Assembly (NCBI GenBank): GCA_051294375.1
Contig: CM119267.1
Location: 21,825,486-21,889,485 of the forward strand
DNA length: 64,000 nucleotides
DNA from: Paraspadella gotoi
Lineage: Eukaryota; Animalia; Chaetognatha
Direction of reading: 5' to 3'
The position numbers and the translations under genes are program-made. The notes below the pieces were generated by a model. It did not search any database. It had not been told where the DNA came from and saw nothing but the letters and a program-made list of their open reading frames with translations. Positions within the stretch are counted from its first letter, which is position 1. Each line of letters starts with the position of its first letter. Below, piece by piece: positions 24,988-36,374 of this stretch.

Positions 24988-25357
24988 CCAGAAAAATGTC
25001 CCCATCGCCATTCTTATTTTCTTTCTTTTGGAGGCGCGTTCCGTCTTTTTAGAACCCTGCTCGTTTTCTGGGTGACTTCTTGTCGGTTCGTCTGTCATGG
25101 TCCGTATGTCTGACTCTTCTTCGCTGTCTATCCGTTTTTCTTGGCCGTATTTGCTTACCTCCTATCTTCTCTCTCTCTCTCTCTCTCTTTCTCTTCTTCT
25201 TCTCTTCTCTCTCTCTCTCTTCTGCCTCTCTCTCCTCTCTCTCTCTCTTCTCCTTCCACAAGCATCGGTTCCATCTTCAGCGTCTTCCAAAACCCGACAA
25301 TCTTTCCTATTCGGTCCAAGGGGAGGAATTTTCAAAGGAAGAACACAAATTTTAAAC

Positions 25358-25388
<31 letters not shown>

Positions 25389-27078
25389 TCATCATCGTCG
25401 ACGAGTCTCATAAAGCCATACGACTTTGCCTTTCCCTTTATGTAATCTTCTTCGTTCGTCATTCGCGTCTTCATAATCTTCGTCTCGCGTCATCATCTCG
25501 GCGTCTTAACACAATCCCGTCGTGTCGTCTTGAGGATCTGCGCCCTCCTCTATGTCAGACCTGTCATCCATGACATTCAGTCTCTGTAATCCATGTACAT
25601 CATCTCTGTCATCAATGTCAATCATTCCTGCCATCCAATGTTCATCCATTTCTTTGTCAATTGGATTAAGTCATTAACCTATCGCCTTCGCTCAATCAAT
25701 ACGTACCTATCATCTCTCGTCTCAGCCCTATTGGAGATACATTCAACAGATAGGCTTGCAAGAAATAACAACGATTGGTGAGGGTGAATGTATAAAAACA
25801 TCAATACCAAAAGAGAAGCAGACATTTCATCTGGATTGGGATAAAACACGATGTATAGCTATATACGGAAAACATCTCAAAAACCGGATCGGAGGGGGAC
25901 TCGGGATGAATCAACCAAGAACTCCACTGAGATTGAGAATGATAACTCCACCTGCCTGGAAGCATCGAGCACAATACAAGTTATACGCAGAGATGTAAAA
26001 AGGAGATCTATACTAATACGCCATCGGAAGAGAGTTACCACAAAAGCTCACGCTGAGTTACCGGGAGAAAAACTTCTTTCCAATATAAGAGAAGACATAC
26101 TGTGTATATAAAAAATCATTGATTTAAACACAAATTCCCTGTAGAGCAAACGATTGTATTCTAGTTGTAAAAAGACATAAAAACCACCCGAAATAAACGA
26201 CTTTCTTAATGTAAAAAAAGATAATAACGTTAAAAAACACCAGCAAACGACTTTTCCAAAGAGATAATAAACTGTTAAAGAGAACAAAGAAAAAATCGCT
26301 TTGTTTTTCAGTAAATCAACAAAAGAATAAAACGTAGTTAAAAACTATGCAAAACAAAAACTCTCACACTTCAATAAAAAGTACTAATGATAAGACTAAA
26401 ACGTCTGTGAGATAAAGACCCATCAATACAAACTTTCTTATGTTAAGATCAAGCATAAAAACATTAATAGAACATTCAAAAAATTCAGAACATTTTTCTT
26501 TTCACATTTGCTAACCAATGTGACATAAAACTAAATACACGCGCAACGACATCAATGTAAATAAGAGATATACAAAAAACCTGTTTTTGTTGTAAAAAAA
26601 TAAACCCCCGCACTTTTAAGCCAAAAAAAAAAATACCTTTTTCTTTTCTCTCTTTTTTGTCCAACTAACTATTAAAAATGAATTAAAACACTTTTAAAAA
26701 AAAAACCACAAAAGGAATAAATTCAGAAAATGTCCCATCGCCATTCTTATTTTCTTTCTTTTTGGAGGCGCGTTCCGTCTTTTTAGAACCCTGCTCTTTT
26801 CTGGTGATCTTCTCTGTCGGTTCGTCTGTCTGTCCGTATGTCTGATCTTTTTCGCTGTCTATCCGTTTTTGCTTGCGTATTTGGCTACCTCCTATCTCTC
26901 TCTCTCTCGTCTCTCTCTTTCTCTTCTCTTCTCTTCTCCTCTCTTCTCTTCTTCCTCTTTCTCCTCTCTCTCTCTGCTTCTCCTTCCACAGCATCGGTTC
27001 CATCTTCAGCGTCTTCCAAAACCCGACAATCTTCACTATTCGTCAAGGGAGGAATTTCAAAGGAAGAACACAATTTTA

Positions 27079-27113
<35 letters not shown>

Positions 27114-27420
27114 TCATCGTCGACGAGTCTTCAAAAGCCATCAGACTTTGCCTTCCCTTTTATCGTTAATCTTCTTCGTCGTCATCGTCTTCATAATCTT
27201 CGTCATCGTCGTCATCATCTCGCGTCTTAACAATTCCCGTCGTCGTCTTGAGGATCTGCGCCCTCCTCTATGTCAGCATCCCTGTCATCCATGACATCAT
27301 CTCTGTAATCCATGTCATCATCTCTGTCATCAATGTCATCATTCCTGCCATCCATGTCATCATTTCTGTCATCCATGTCATCATCGCCGTCATCAATGTC
27401 ATCATCTCCGTCAGCTTTGT
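24988..27420. repeat. Local direct duplication (~24988-25645 vs ~26723-27370) ending in a 21-nt tandem repeat
   Basis: Colinear from CAGAAAATGTCCCATCGCCATTCTT to CCTGCCATCCA. 21-nt unit TCATCCATGTCATCATCTCTG at 27284-27412. Confidence 0.9.
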
Positions 27421-28129
27421 CATCACGATTGTGTGTGTCTTAATAAAAAAATAAGCGTTAGTTAGCGGTTTAAATCTAACTACATAAATTTGTTGTAATA
27501 TTCTACAAATATAGTTTCATTTTAGTTGAGCATTATGTCCTCATAGTCAAGGCTCTACTAAGCGTCATCATCGTTTACGTCTTCGTTATCGTCGTCGTCG
27601 TTGTTTTCGTCCTCATCCTCCCTCTTCTCCCCCCCCCCACCCCGTCTTTCTCTTCTGCGTCAATAAAAACATTTTCATGCTTTCTCTTCTCATCGTCTTG
27701 TGAGCTCGAAGGATATTTTTACAAGTTTTTATTTTTATTTATTTTTCGCTACATTTCTCTCCTGTTTCTCTCTGCCTCTCTCTCTCTTCTCTCTCTCTCT
27801 CTCTCGTCTCTCTCTCTCTCTCTCTCTCTCTCCTTCTCGGCCTTTCCATTTGCATCCGGCAGAGGGCAACTGCAAAGGCATCGAGCGATGGAACCACATT
27901 CCTTTCTCCCATGGATCAAAGAAAATGATATGGAACAAGGAGACCGAACTTCGTCGAAAGTCCTCCGGTTCTTTCTTTCTGTCTTTCTATCTCTCTGTCT
28001 TTCTTTTTCTTTTTTTTATCTCGAAAGAAAGATGAAATATCTTCATTTCTATCTGGCTTTGTCTTTCTTTCTCTCTCCCCAAACCAATTGCCCAGTGGTC
28101 CCCGTCATCCAACTTTACCAACTGCTCCC

Positions 28130-28225
<96 letters not shown>

Positions 28226-28562
28226 CCCCCTAAATAAAAGAAAGAAAAAAAAACTATATTAACCTAATAATCGAAAAACTGAAAGTCAAATCTCGTTGCC
28301 CCTGATTTATTCACCCATCGACTCCTGGATTCAGATTCCAGATGAGAAAAGTCATTTGAACGCAGAAGGAAAAAAAATTGGAAAAGAAATAGAGAACAGA
28401 TGTTTCATTACTATGGTAATGTCCTTAAGCTTCTCTTACATGTAATTACCAAATAAATATTCAAGTGGTTACGTGAAATATATTATTTTGCACTTACCAT
28501 TACAACTTTGACAACTTGTTTTAGTTTCACTGATTTTTGTAACTTTTAATTGAAAGATAAAA

Positions 28563-28564
<2 letters not shown>

Positions 28565-28660
<96 letters not shown>

Positions 28661-28670
28661 TCTATTTATT
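28565..28670. repeat. (TTTA)n microsatellite
   Basis: Directly visible. Confidence 0.95.
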
Positions 28671-28754
28671 TTTTTTTATAAAATACATTGAGCAGCATAG
28701 GGAGTCCTTTTCGGAATTTTGTTCATAGACTTGACTTTAATTAAGAGTATCTCG

Positions 28755-28882
28755 CTATGTCATTTTATCCTGTCATAGTGACAGAATTCATAAACCACCA
28801 CAGTTTGTCAAAATTCAGGGGCAAGATAGTTTGTTTATTAAATGAATGAATACATAATCTTTAAATTAGTACGACCAATTTT
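28755..28882 (-). mobile_element. Family R1 diverged copy
   Basis: GCTATGTCATT..TAAACCACCA..CAGGGGCAAGATAG..TTTATTAAATGAATG..ACCAATTT. Confidence 0.6.
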
Positions 28883-28908
28883 ATAACATTTAATCTTTTT
28901 GAACTTAC

Positions 28909-29019
28909 AAAAACCGGAGGGAGGTTTGGATCAGTCGGTCGTAATACTCTCTACTCCAGAGGGCGTTGGGATGTGTGTCGAGGTTATTCACTTTAAGCCA
29001 ATCGATTTTGAGACCGTCC
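28909..29019 (-). CDS. Candidate isolated coding exon (111 nt, phase 2-2) of an unidentified gene
   Basis: TTAG acceptor and consensus GTAAGT donor. Reads DGLKIDWLKVNNLDTHPNALWSREYYDRLIQTSLRF. No family recognised. Confidence 0.4.
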
Positions 29020-29439
29020 CTAACTTAGTCGTCTACAATTGTCAGGTGAGGAAAACCAACTCGTTAACAACTTTTCATTTTCAACCTTTTTTTTTTTTCT
29101 GTCGATATTTTTTTTTCTCATTTTCCTTCCTGAAAATTTTTTATTTCTTTTTATTGAAAAGTTGTCTGTTCTACTACACCTTTTAAATTTTTATTACTGA
29201 ATCTCTTTATGCCACTCTCTCATCGCTGTTTATACCAAAATTCTTTCCATTCCTTCAGTTACTTTCTTGCCACGATTTTGGCAATCTTTTAAACCTGATC
29301 GTACCACTCTTTATTTACTTTTTATGGCATTCTATTGCCACTTTCTTTTGCTAGTCTTTTGAAACAACTAGTCCACACCCATTTTTTAGCGAATTGATAC
29401 CAGGGACACGAAACGAAAGAGAAAAAGGTAGAAACGAAT

Positions 29440-29477
<38 letters not shown>

Positions 29478-30018
29478 AGTCCTTTTCCTATTAAATTCTA
29501 ATTTTCAGATTAGTTTTCCCCAATCTTCATCTTCAGTTTCTCCTAATTTCTTAGACATTTTCAATTTATCCCTTTCCCATTTTCCAATTTCCCAATGTTC
29601 TCTTTCCATTCACATTATTCAACTAGTTTTCCATTTAGCTACACTCCCTCTCTCTATACATATTTCGCCGAGCTCCCAGAGTCCCGTCCGCGCCCGGGAC
29701 TCCAACGCGGCCGAAAATTAATTTCGCGAAAAAAAGTTTTTTTTTCTTCTTAATTTACATTTTATTGGTTATATGGTTAATGGTATGGATGCCGCCATTA
29801 TGGGTTTTGGAGAAAAAAAAATTTGTTCCCTCTGGAAACATGAATTTCTTTCTGGAAACCCGACCGACAAAGAAGATTGCTTGCATGCTTGCAAATATGA
29901 TTGCATTCGTGCGTTGGCTTCGATTACTCGAGAGCATTATGGGTGGCAAGATTAAAAAATCTGGTCAAACTGCGGATTGTCCGAAGAAGTTCCATGTATT
30001 TGGAGAAAGAAAGAGAGC

Positions 30019-30090
<72 letters not shown>

Positions 30091-30304
30091 AAAGAAAATA
30101 AAAGTGGAGGAAAAAAAAAAGAGGAAGAAAAACAATAGAAAGAGAATAGGAAGTGAAAGAGAGAGAGAGAGAATATAAAATGAAGTGTGTGAATGCATAT
30201 ATGCGAGTTTAGTGAACAATTTAAGGATCTCTGCAAACTCGGCTCTGGGCGCGAGTTGTTGCAGCGACGAGGAAACGAGGTGAAAGTTGAGGAATGTTGT
30301 ATCG

Positions 30305-31345
30305 GAAAAAGAAGAAGAGGAGGAAAGGAAAAGAGGAAATGAGGGAAGGAGAAAAGGGAGGAAGGAAGAGAATGAGGAAAGAAGAAAGAGGAGAGAAGGA
30401 AAGAAGAAGAGGAGGAAAGGAAAAAGGAATGAGGAAGGAAAGAAAGAAGAGAGAAAGGAAAAGAGGAAATGAGGGAAGGAAAGAAGAAGAGGAGGAAAGG
30501 AAAAAGGAAAGGTAGAAGAAAGAGAGAGAGGAAAGAGAAAGAGGGAGGAAAGAAGAAGGAGGAAAGGAAAAGAGGAAATGAGGAAGAAAGAAGAAGAGGA
30601 GGAAAGGAAAAGAGGAAATGAGGGAAGGAAAGAAGAAGAGGGGAAAGGAAAAGAGGAAATGAGGGAAGGAAAGAAGAAGAGGAGGAAAAGGAAAAGAGGA
30701 AATGAGGTAAGGAAAGAAGAAGAGGAGGAACAGGAAAGAGGAATGACGAGAGGAAAGAAGAAGAGGAGAAAGGAAAAGAGGAAATGAGGAAGAAAGAGAA
30801 GAGGAGAAAGGAAAAGAGGAAATGAGGGAAGGAAAGCAGAAGAGGAGGAAAGGAAAGAGGAAATGAGGGAAGGAAAGAAGAAGAGGAGAAAGGAAAAGAG
30901 GAATGAGAGGAAAGAAGAAGAAGAGGAAAAGGAAAAGAGGAAATGAGGAACGGAAAAGGTTAAGAAGAGGAGGAAAGGAAAGAGGAAATGAGGGAAGGAA
31001 AAAGAAGAGGAGGAAAGGAAAAGAGGAAATGAGAAAAGGAAAAGAAGAAGAGGAGGAAAGGAAAAGAGGAATGAGGAAGGAAGAAGAAGAGGAGGAAAGG
31101 AAAAGAGAGGAATGAGGGAAGAAAGATAGAAGAGGAGGAAAGGAAAAGAGGAAATGAGGGAAGGAAAGAAAAAGAGAAGGAAAGGAAAAGAGGAAATGAA
31201 GGAAGGAAAGAAGAAGAGGAAGAAAGGAAAAGAAGAAATGAGGGAAGGAAAGAAGAAGAGGAGGAAAGGAAAATAGGAAATGAGGGAAGGAAAGAAGAAG
31301 AGGAGGAAAGAAAAAAAGGAAATGAGGGAAGGAAAGAAGAAGATA
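30305..31345. repeat. 42-bp polypurine minisatellite, roughly 24 units
   Basis: Unit GAGGAAATGAGGGAAGGAAAGAAGAAGAGGAGGAAAGGAAAA. GAAATG recurs at 31151, 31193 and 31235. Confidence 0.9.
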
Positions 31346-31594
31346 ATGGAGGAAAAGAGAAAAGGGGATTAAAATGGGAAAAAATATCCAATATGGAGTC
31401 CGGGGGGGGAAGGTTTAAGGGAAAGAAGCAATATTTGAGAGAGAAAAAAATTGGGAAGAGAAGGGGCAGGGGGATAAACTGAAATTTGTAATATTGTTTT
31501 TAGGAAATAAGGAATAAGGATTGCAAAAGGGATGTTAAGAATCATTTGGGAGATTATTCACTCTAAATTGCGAAACTGGTACGGTAAAACATAG

Positions 31595-31735
31595 AGAGCT
31601 TGCAGGGTCCTACTGTGTTATTATTTTGTGACAGTGGTGGAGGCCTTAAATCAACAGAGCTTGTCCAAAGTCAGGGGCAAGATATCTTATTTATTAAATA
31701 AATGGATAATTTTTTTATTGGTTATACCAATTTCA
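31595..31735 (-). mobile_element. Family R1 copy
   Basis: AGCTTGCAGGGTCC..GGAGGCCTTAAA..GTCCAAAGTCAGGGGCAAGATA..ACCAATTTCAT. Confidence 0.75.
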
Positions 31736-32115
31736 TAGAAATACTATTAGAGAAAATAAGAGGAGAGATGCATAGATAAGGGGATAGATGGATGATAGAA
31801 AGAGAAGATAGATGCGAAGAAAAGAAAAAGAAAATGAAAGAGAAGAGAAGTAGGAAATTAGAGGAGTGAGGAGAAGAAAAAATAGGAAATAAGAGAAGGG
31901 AGATAAGGATAGAAAAAGAAAAGAGAGGAAAGTGAATCTATATTAGAATAAAGAGGAAGAGAGAAGATAAAAGATAAGAAAGACGACTTCCTATATAAAC
32001 GAAGTCAATGGCTTTGCAAGAAACAAATAGAGTTTCCTCCTCGGAGATCCCGCTTGGCTTTCGAAGGATTTCGAAAAAGTTTGACTTCTCGTAAGAAATC
32101 CTCTCGATATCGTTG

Positions 32116-32152
<37 letters not shown>

Positions 32153-35100
32153 TTCCGGCACGAAATGGTCGGTTTCGAAACATTTTTTCTCTCGGTTTTA
32201 GAATCGATTTCCGTTTTTCTTTTTTTCTTTTTTTTCTCTCTTTTCTTTTTTTCTTTTTTTTTTTGGCTAACTTAGGCTAAAATTCGAGTTTTTCGCTGAT
32301 TGAAAACGGAATTTGGAGGTTTTTTTTTTGTTTTTTTTTTTGCTTGGGTGCTTCTGAGCTTGCCTGCTAACTGCATAGATTGTTTTTTTTTAATTTTCTA
32401 TGTTTCCTTCTTTCTTTCATTCTTTCTTTCTTTCTTTCTTTCTTTCGGTGCCGTATTATCCTTATAATTCGGCTTCCATTAATATTCACGCTTCTTTCCT
32501 TTAGTTGGCTTACTTCGAAGTCGCGGTGTAACATATGTCGGGCTCGAAGATGGCCACCGGGGGTCAGTTTACACCGGTCTTCGCAGTCATGACCTTAAGT
32601 GAAAAATATCGCGGTTTAAAAGTCGGCCACCGGGTCAGTTATTATAACCGACTTTAGATTTAATAAAGGCCATTATTGTTTTGCTTATATTTAGTTATTT
32701 GGTTAGTAATATGCCCGAAGCTAGTGAACCGAAATTCTATTTTTTTGTCAGTTAGTCATTAGATGTTTATAGCTCCCAATGTCTCATTCCAGCCCCCCGC
32801 CTTTGTGTCAATTTATTATCTAAGGATCTTTCATTGTGTATTTTTTCACAGCTTAGCGGCAAGTGTTTTTTAGAGTCAAAAGAAGTCCAGTTTTTTTGCA
32901 GTTTTCGTTTGTATTTAATCATGGTCTGTTTACGGGTGTACTGTAAACACGCGCCGTTCGAGTCAGGCATTTACCTTTTTATTTCGCCAGTCAGTTTGGT
33001 ACGCTCGGTAACCGAAACAGCGGCGCTTCGCGAAATGGCGGGGCTGAATGAGCGGTATCTTCGGGCTGTACGGCGTGACCCGATGTACGGAATCGAACTT
33101 CTCGAAGCCTGTTATTATGAGTCGACAGAGAATGTTGATTATTACGGCGTTAATTGTTACTTTTTTCCATCTCTACATTGGATCAATATTTTCGTGTCTT
33201 TGTACTCACTGTTTCGTCTTCAAACATCGATGACTTGAAGTACAAACCGCTGTGGAAGAGAGCTAGCGCCGGTCAGTTGTCGTCTGCCGCCGTTGCCGTC
33301 TCTCCGTTTTGTGCGGCTTTTTGAGGAAGACGGTTCTGATTTAATGGAATCGCAAGTTTATTTTTTGTTTAGCAAGTAAGGTCCTGGGCGCATTTTTTGC
33401 ATTACTGCAGCTTTAAAATTTTTTCCTTCTTACTTTCCATTCCCCCTGCGCCCGGATATATTTGATGATTATTCTAGAATGCTCGGCGTTATCCCAGTAA
33501 TGCCATGTTGGCTCCTGAGATAGCGGGGGCGTGTTACGAAATCATTATCAAAGATAGTATACCGTGGAAATCCAAACTTCTCCTTTCACCCCGGATGCTC
33601 TTTTATTTCTATTTTTAACTAACGCAGGAAATTCCTATTTCTCCGCGATCCAGCGACATCTTTGGTTTCTACATTTGTATCATAGTTATATATACTAAGT
33701 ACAGCTTTCGCGAGTGGCTATCGCATGGCTGTTTCTGATTGTTCCGCCGTTTCTTTTAGATCTCAGCCTTGATTTCTATGACGTTTGTAACCTCTCAGAT
33801 TTGTTCAGTCTTGCCAATGCGTTTTTACTACTTTTTAAAAGATAATTAAATCGCGTTTAAGATATCTCGCCGAAACTCTTTTTTAATAAGGAAACAGTGA
33901 TCGCTGCGATTGGTGGACTTTCTTCCTTTGTGAATAGAGGAACCATTATTCACAAATTTGCTTCCAGAAAGCAGTAACGATGGATTCTTTCTTAAAGTTT
34001 ATATTATAATTGCTGAGTGTGTATTAATGTTTTTGTTATTTATGCCCCAGGACTTCTAACTCTACTCTACTCTCTGCTACTCAGAATACCATACCTAGAA
34101 GTGCTGGGACTTAGACTTTGTCGTCAGATCATCTGAGCGTTTTTTCCCACCCCAAGACCGGGCGCCATCGTCTCGTCGCCATCTACAACTGCGAATTCCT
34201 CTCGTTTTGATAGCGCAGGATCAGCTCAGCCAGTTAGTTGTCAAACGACAGCCACCTCTCGAACATAGCTTCAATACAGAGGTTAAGGAATTAAGAAAAA
34301 GATTAGAGAGTGATACAGGATAGATAGATAGATCGAAGATAGAATAGATAGATAGATAATAGATACATAGATAGATAGATAGATAGACATGATAGACAGA
34401 TTAGATAGATAGATAGAGAAAGAAAGCACAGAGGAGAGATAGCAGAGGAGAGACAAATAGAAACAACAATGAGGAGATGGAAAGTTCTACAGCCATCTCA
34501 TTGGCAAGAAAGACCGAGGGCCGAGGCCGGAAAGAGACAAAACCAAATAAAAAATAAAGTGGAAACAAAAAAACTGGTTGGAGGGCAATAAAGCTGGGAA
34601 GATAAAACCTCAATTTCTGTAGAGAATGACTAGGGCGAGAAAGAGAGGAGAGAGAGACACAGAGAGAGAGAAGAACAAGAATGAAGAATCAAAGAGAGAG
34701 AAGAAATAGGAAAGAAATAAAGAAAGAAAGAAAGAAAGGAAAACAATAAGTAAAGGATAAANNNNNNNNNNNNNNNNNNNNNNNNNNNNNNNNNNNNNNN
34801 NNNNNNNNNNNNNNNNNNNNNNNNNNNNNNNNNNNNNNNNNNNNNNNNNNNNNNNNNNNNNNNNNNNNNNNNNNNNNNNNNNNNNNNNNNNNNNNNNNNN
34901 NNNNNNNNNNNNNNNNNNNNNNNNNNNNNNNAAAATGGAAAAAGGGGGAAAAGGGGAGAGGAAAATGGAGAAAGGAGGAAAAGGGGAGAGGAAAATGGAG
35001 AAAGGGGGAAAAGGGAAAAACAAAGATAAAATCTGACATCACTTGTTAAGATTATTAAATCGACAGAAAAAAAATGATTAATTCTGAGTCAGGTTTTTTC

Positions 35101-35627
35101 TTTTTTTCTGTTTTTTCTTCTTTTTTTTTATTTTTTTTTAATCATCTGAATTATCTTTAACGGAAATGAGACAAGTGAATTAATAATCAAATTGTTTTCG
35201 CTCGACTGAAAATATTTGATGGTGGAAAATGCATCATTACAACCGGAATTTTTCTCTAAATAATCTCCGTTTGAATGATAAATGTTGGAGGGACAATATT
35301 TATCAAATATTTTTAATTCTTTAATGTCAGTTACAACAAAGAAATAAAAAAATTTCTTATCGATTTTCACATCCGTCACATTGTCTCTCGCTCACTCTCG
35401 CTCACTCTCACTTTTCACTCTCACTTTTCACTCTCATTTTTCATTAAACATTGAAAATCTTCCTACATCCCATTTTCTTTTTCTTTTGTCGTCGTCCATT
35501 TTCCTTTCTCCCTCTCGATTGCCCTTTGTTTCCTTTGTCGAGTCATAAATGTCCCCGCACCCTGTCGAGTCCATTCGGAACAAATGGCGAAAGCGAAATC
35601 CATTGTCCTTCCAAATTGCACTCCGTT

Positions 35628-35695
<68 letters not shown>

Positions 35696-35788
35696 TCTGT
35701 ATCATTCCATTGGTATATAAGAATATCTCGGTACATTACGCATTAAGCAAACGAAAATATATCACATGTTTATAATTATGTAATACTA

Positions 35789-35953
35789 TAGTAGGATATT
35801 TCGTTTGTAACATTTCGTGACAGTATATCTATGCAACTGTAAAAATTGGAAGACTTCAAAAATGCCTGACGGCGGGCTACATAATGAGCTACAATTTAAG
35901 TCTTTAGGGTGAAGCGATTCTGAGAAATGTTACAAACGAGAAAAATCATACTG
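35789..35953. mobile_element. Tc1/mariner (pogo-like) MITE, 165 bp
   Basis: TA|TAGTAGGATATTTCGTTTGTAACATTTC ... GAAATGTTACAAACGAGAAAAATCATACTG|TA: ~28-bp imperfect TIR with a CAGTA-type end and TA flanks. Confidence 0.7.
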
Positions 35954-36291
35954 TACGTATGAATAAAACTGAAGCCAGCTTTGAAAATCTTAAAATTCTG
36001 GTGAGTGGTTACCAAGCTATTCTATTTCGATTATATAAAACTAAGAGACCATTGCAGGTGACTATCTTTTCGATTTTCAATCGTAAGAGGAACGGAGGGG
36101 GGGGCGAAGTCCGGGGGTGATGTGAATTCATCCCCTCTTTTCTCCCGTAAATCTTTCGCCGCTTGTGACCTTCTCACGTGATCCTCTCACAGTAAATCAC
36201 GAAAAAAAAAGTGGAACTCGGGCCGTGAGAGAAGAGAGAGAAGGTGTGTGGGAAAGGCTTCCCGCGTCATGTGACGTTAAAACGCAACATG

Positions 36292-36292
<1 letters not shown>

Positions 36293-36358
<66 letters not shown>

Positions 36359-36374
36359 AATGATGATGATGATG
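36293..36374. repeat. (GAT)n microsatellite (another at 57260-57350)
   Basis: Directly visible. Confidence 0.95.

Noticed and set aside
22995-29045. Cadherin-like snippets VNDEGP and IDFET
   Set aside because: Isolated short matches with no other cadherin repeat residues.
30287-31391. E/R/K-rich ORFs resembling coiled-coil proteins
   Set aside because: Polypurine 42-bp repeat with frequent frameshifts and TGA in units.
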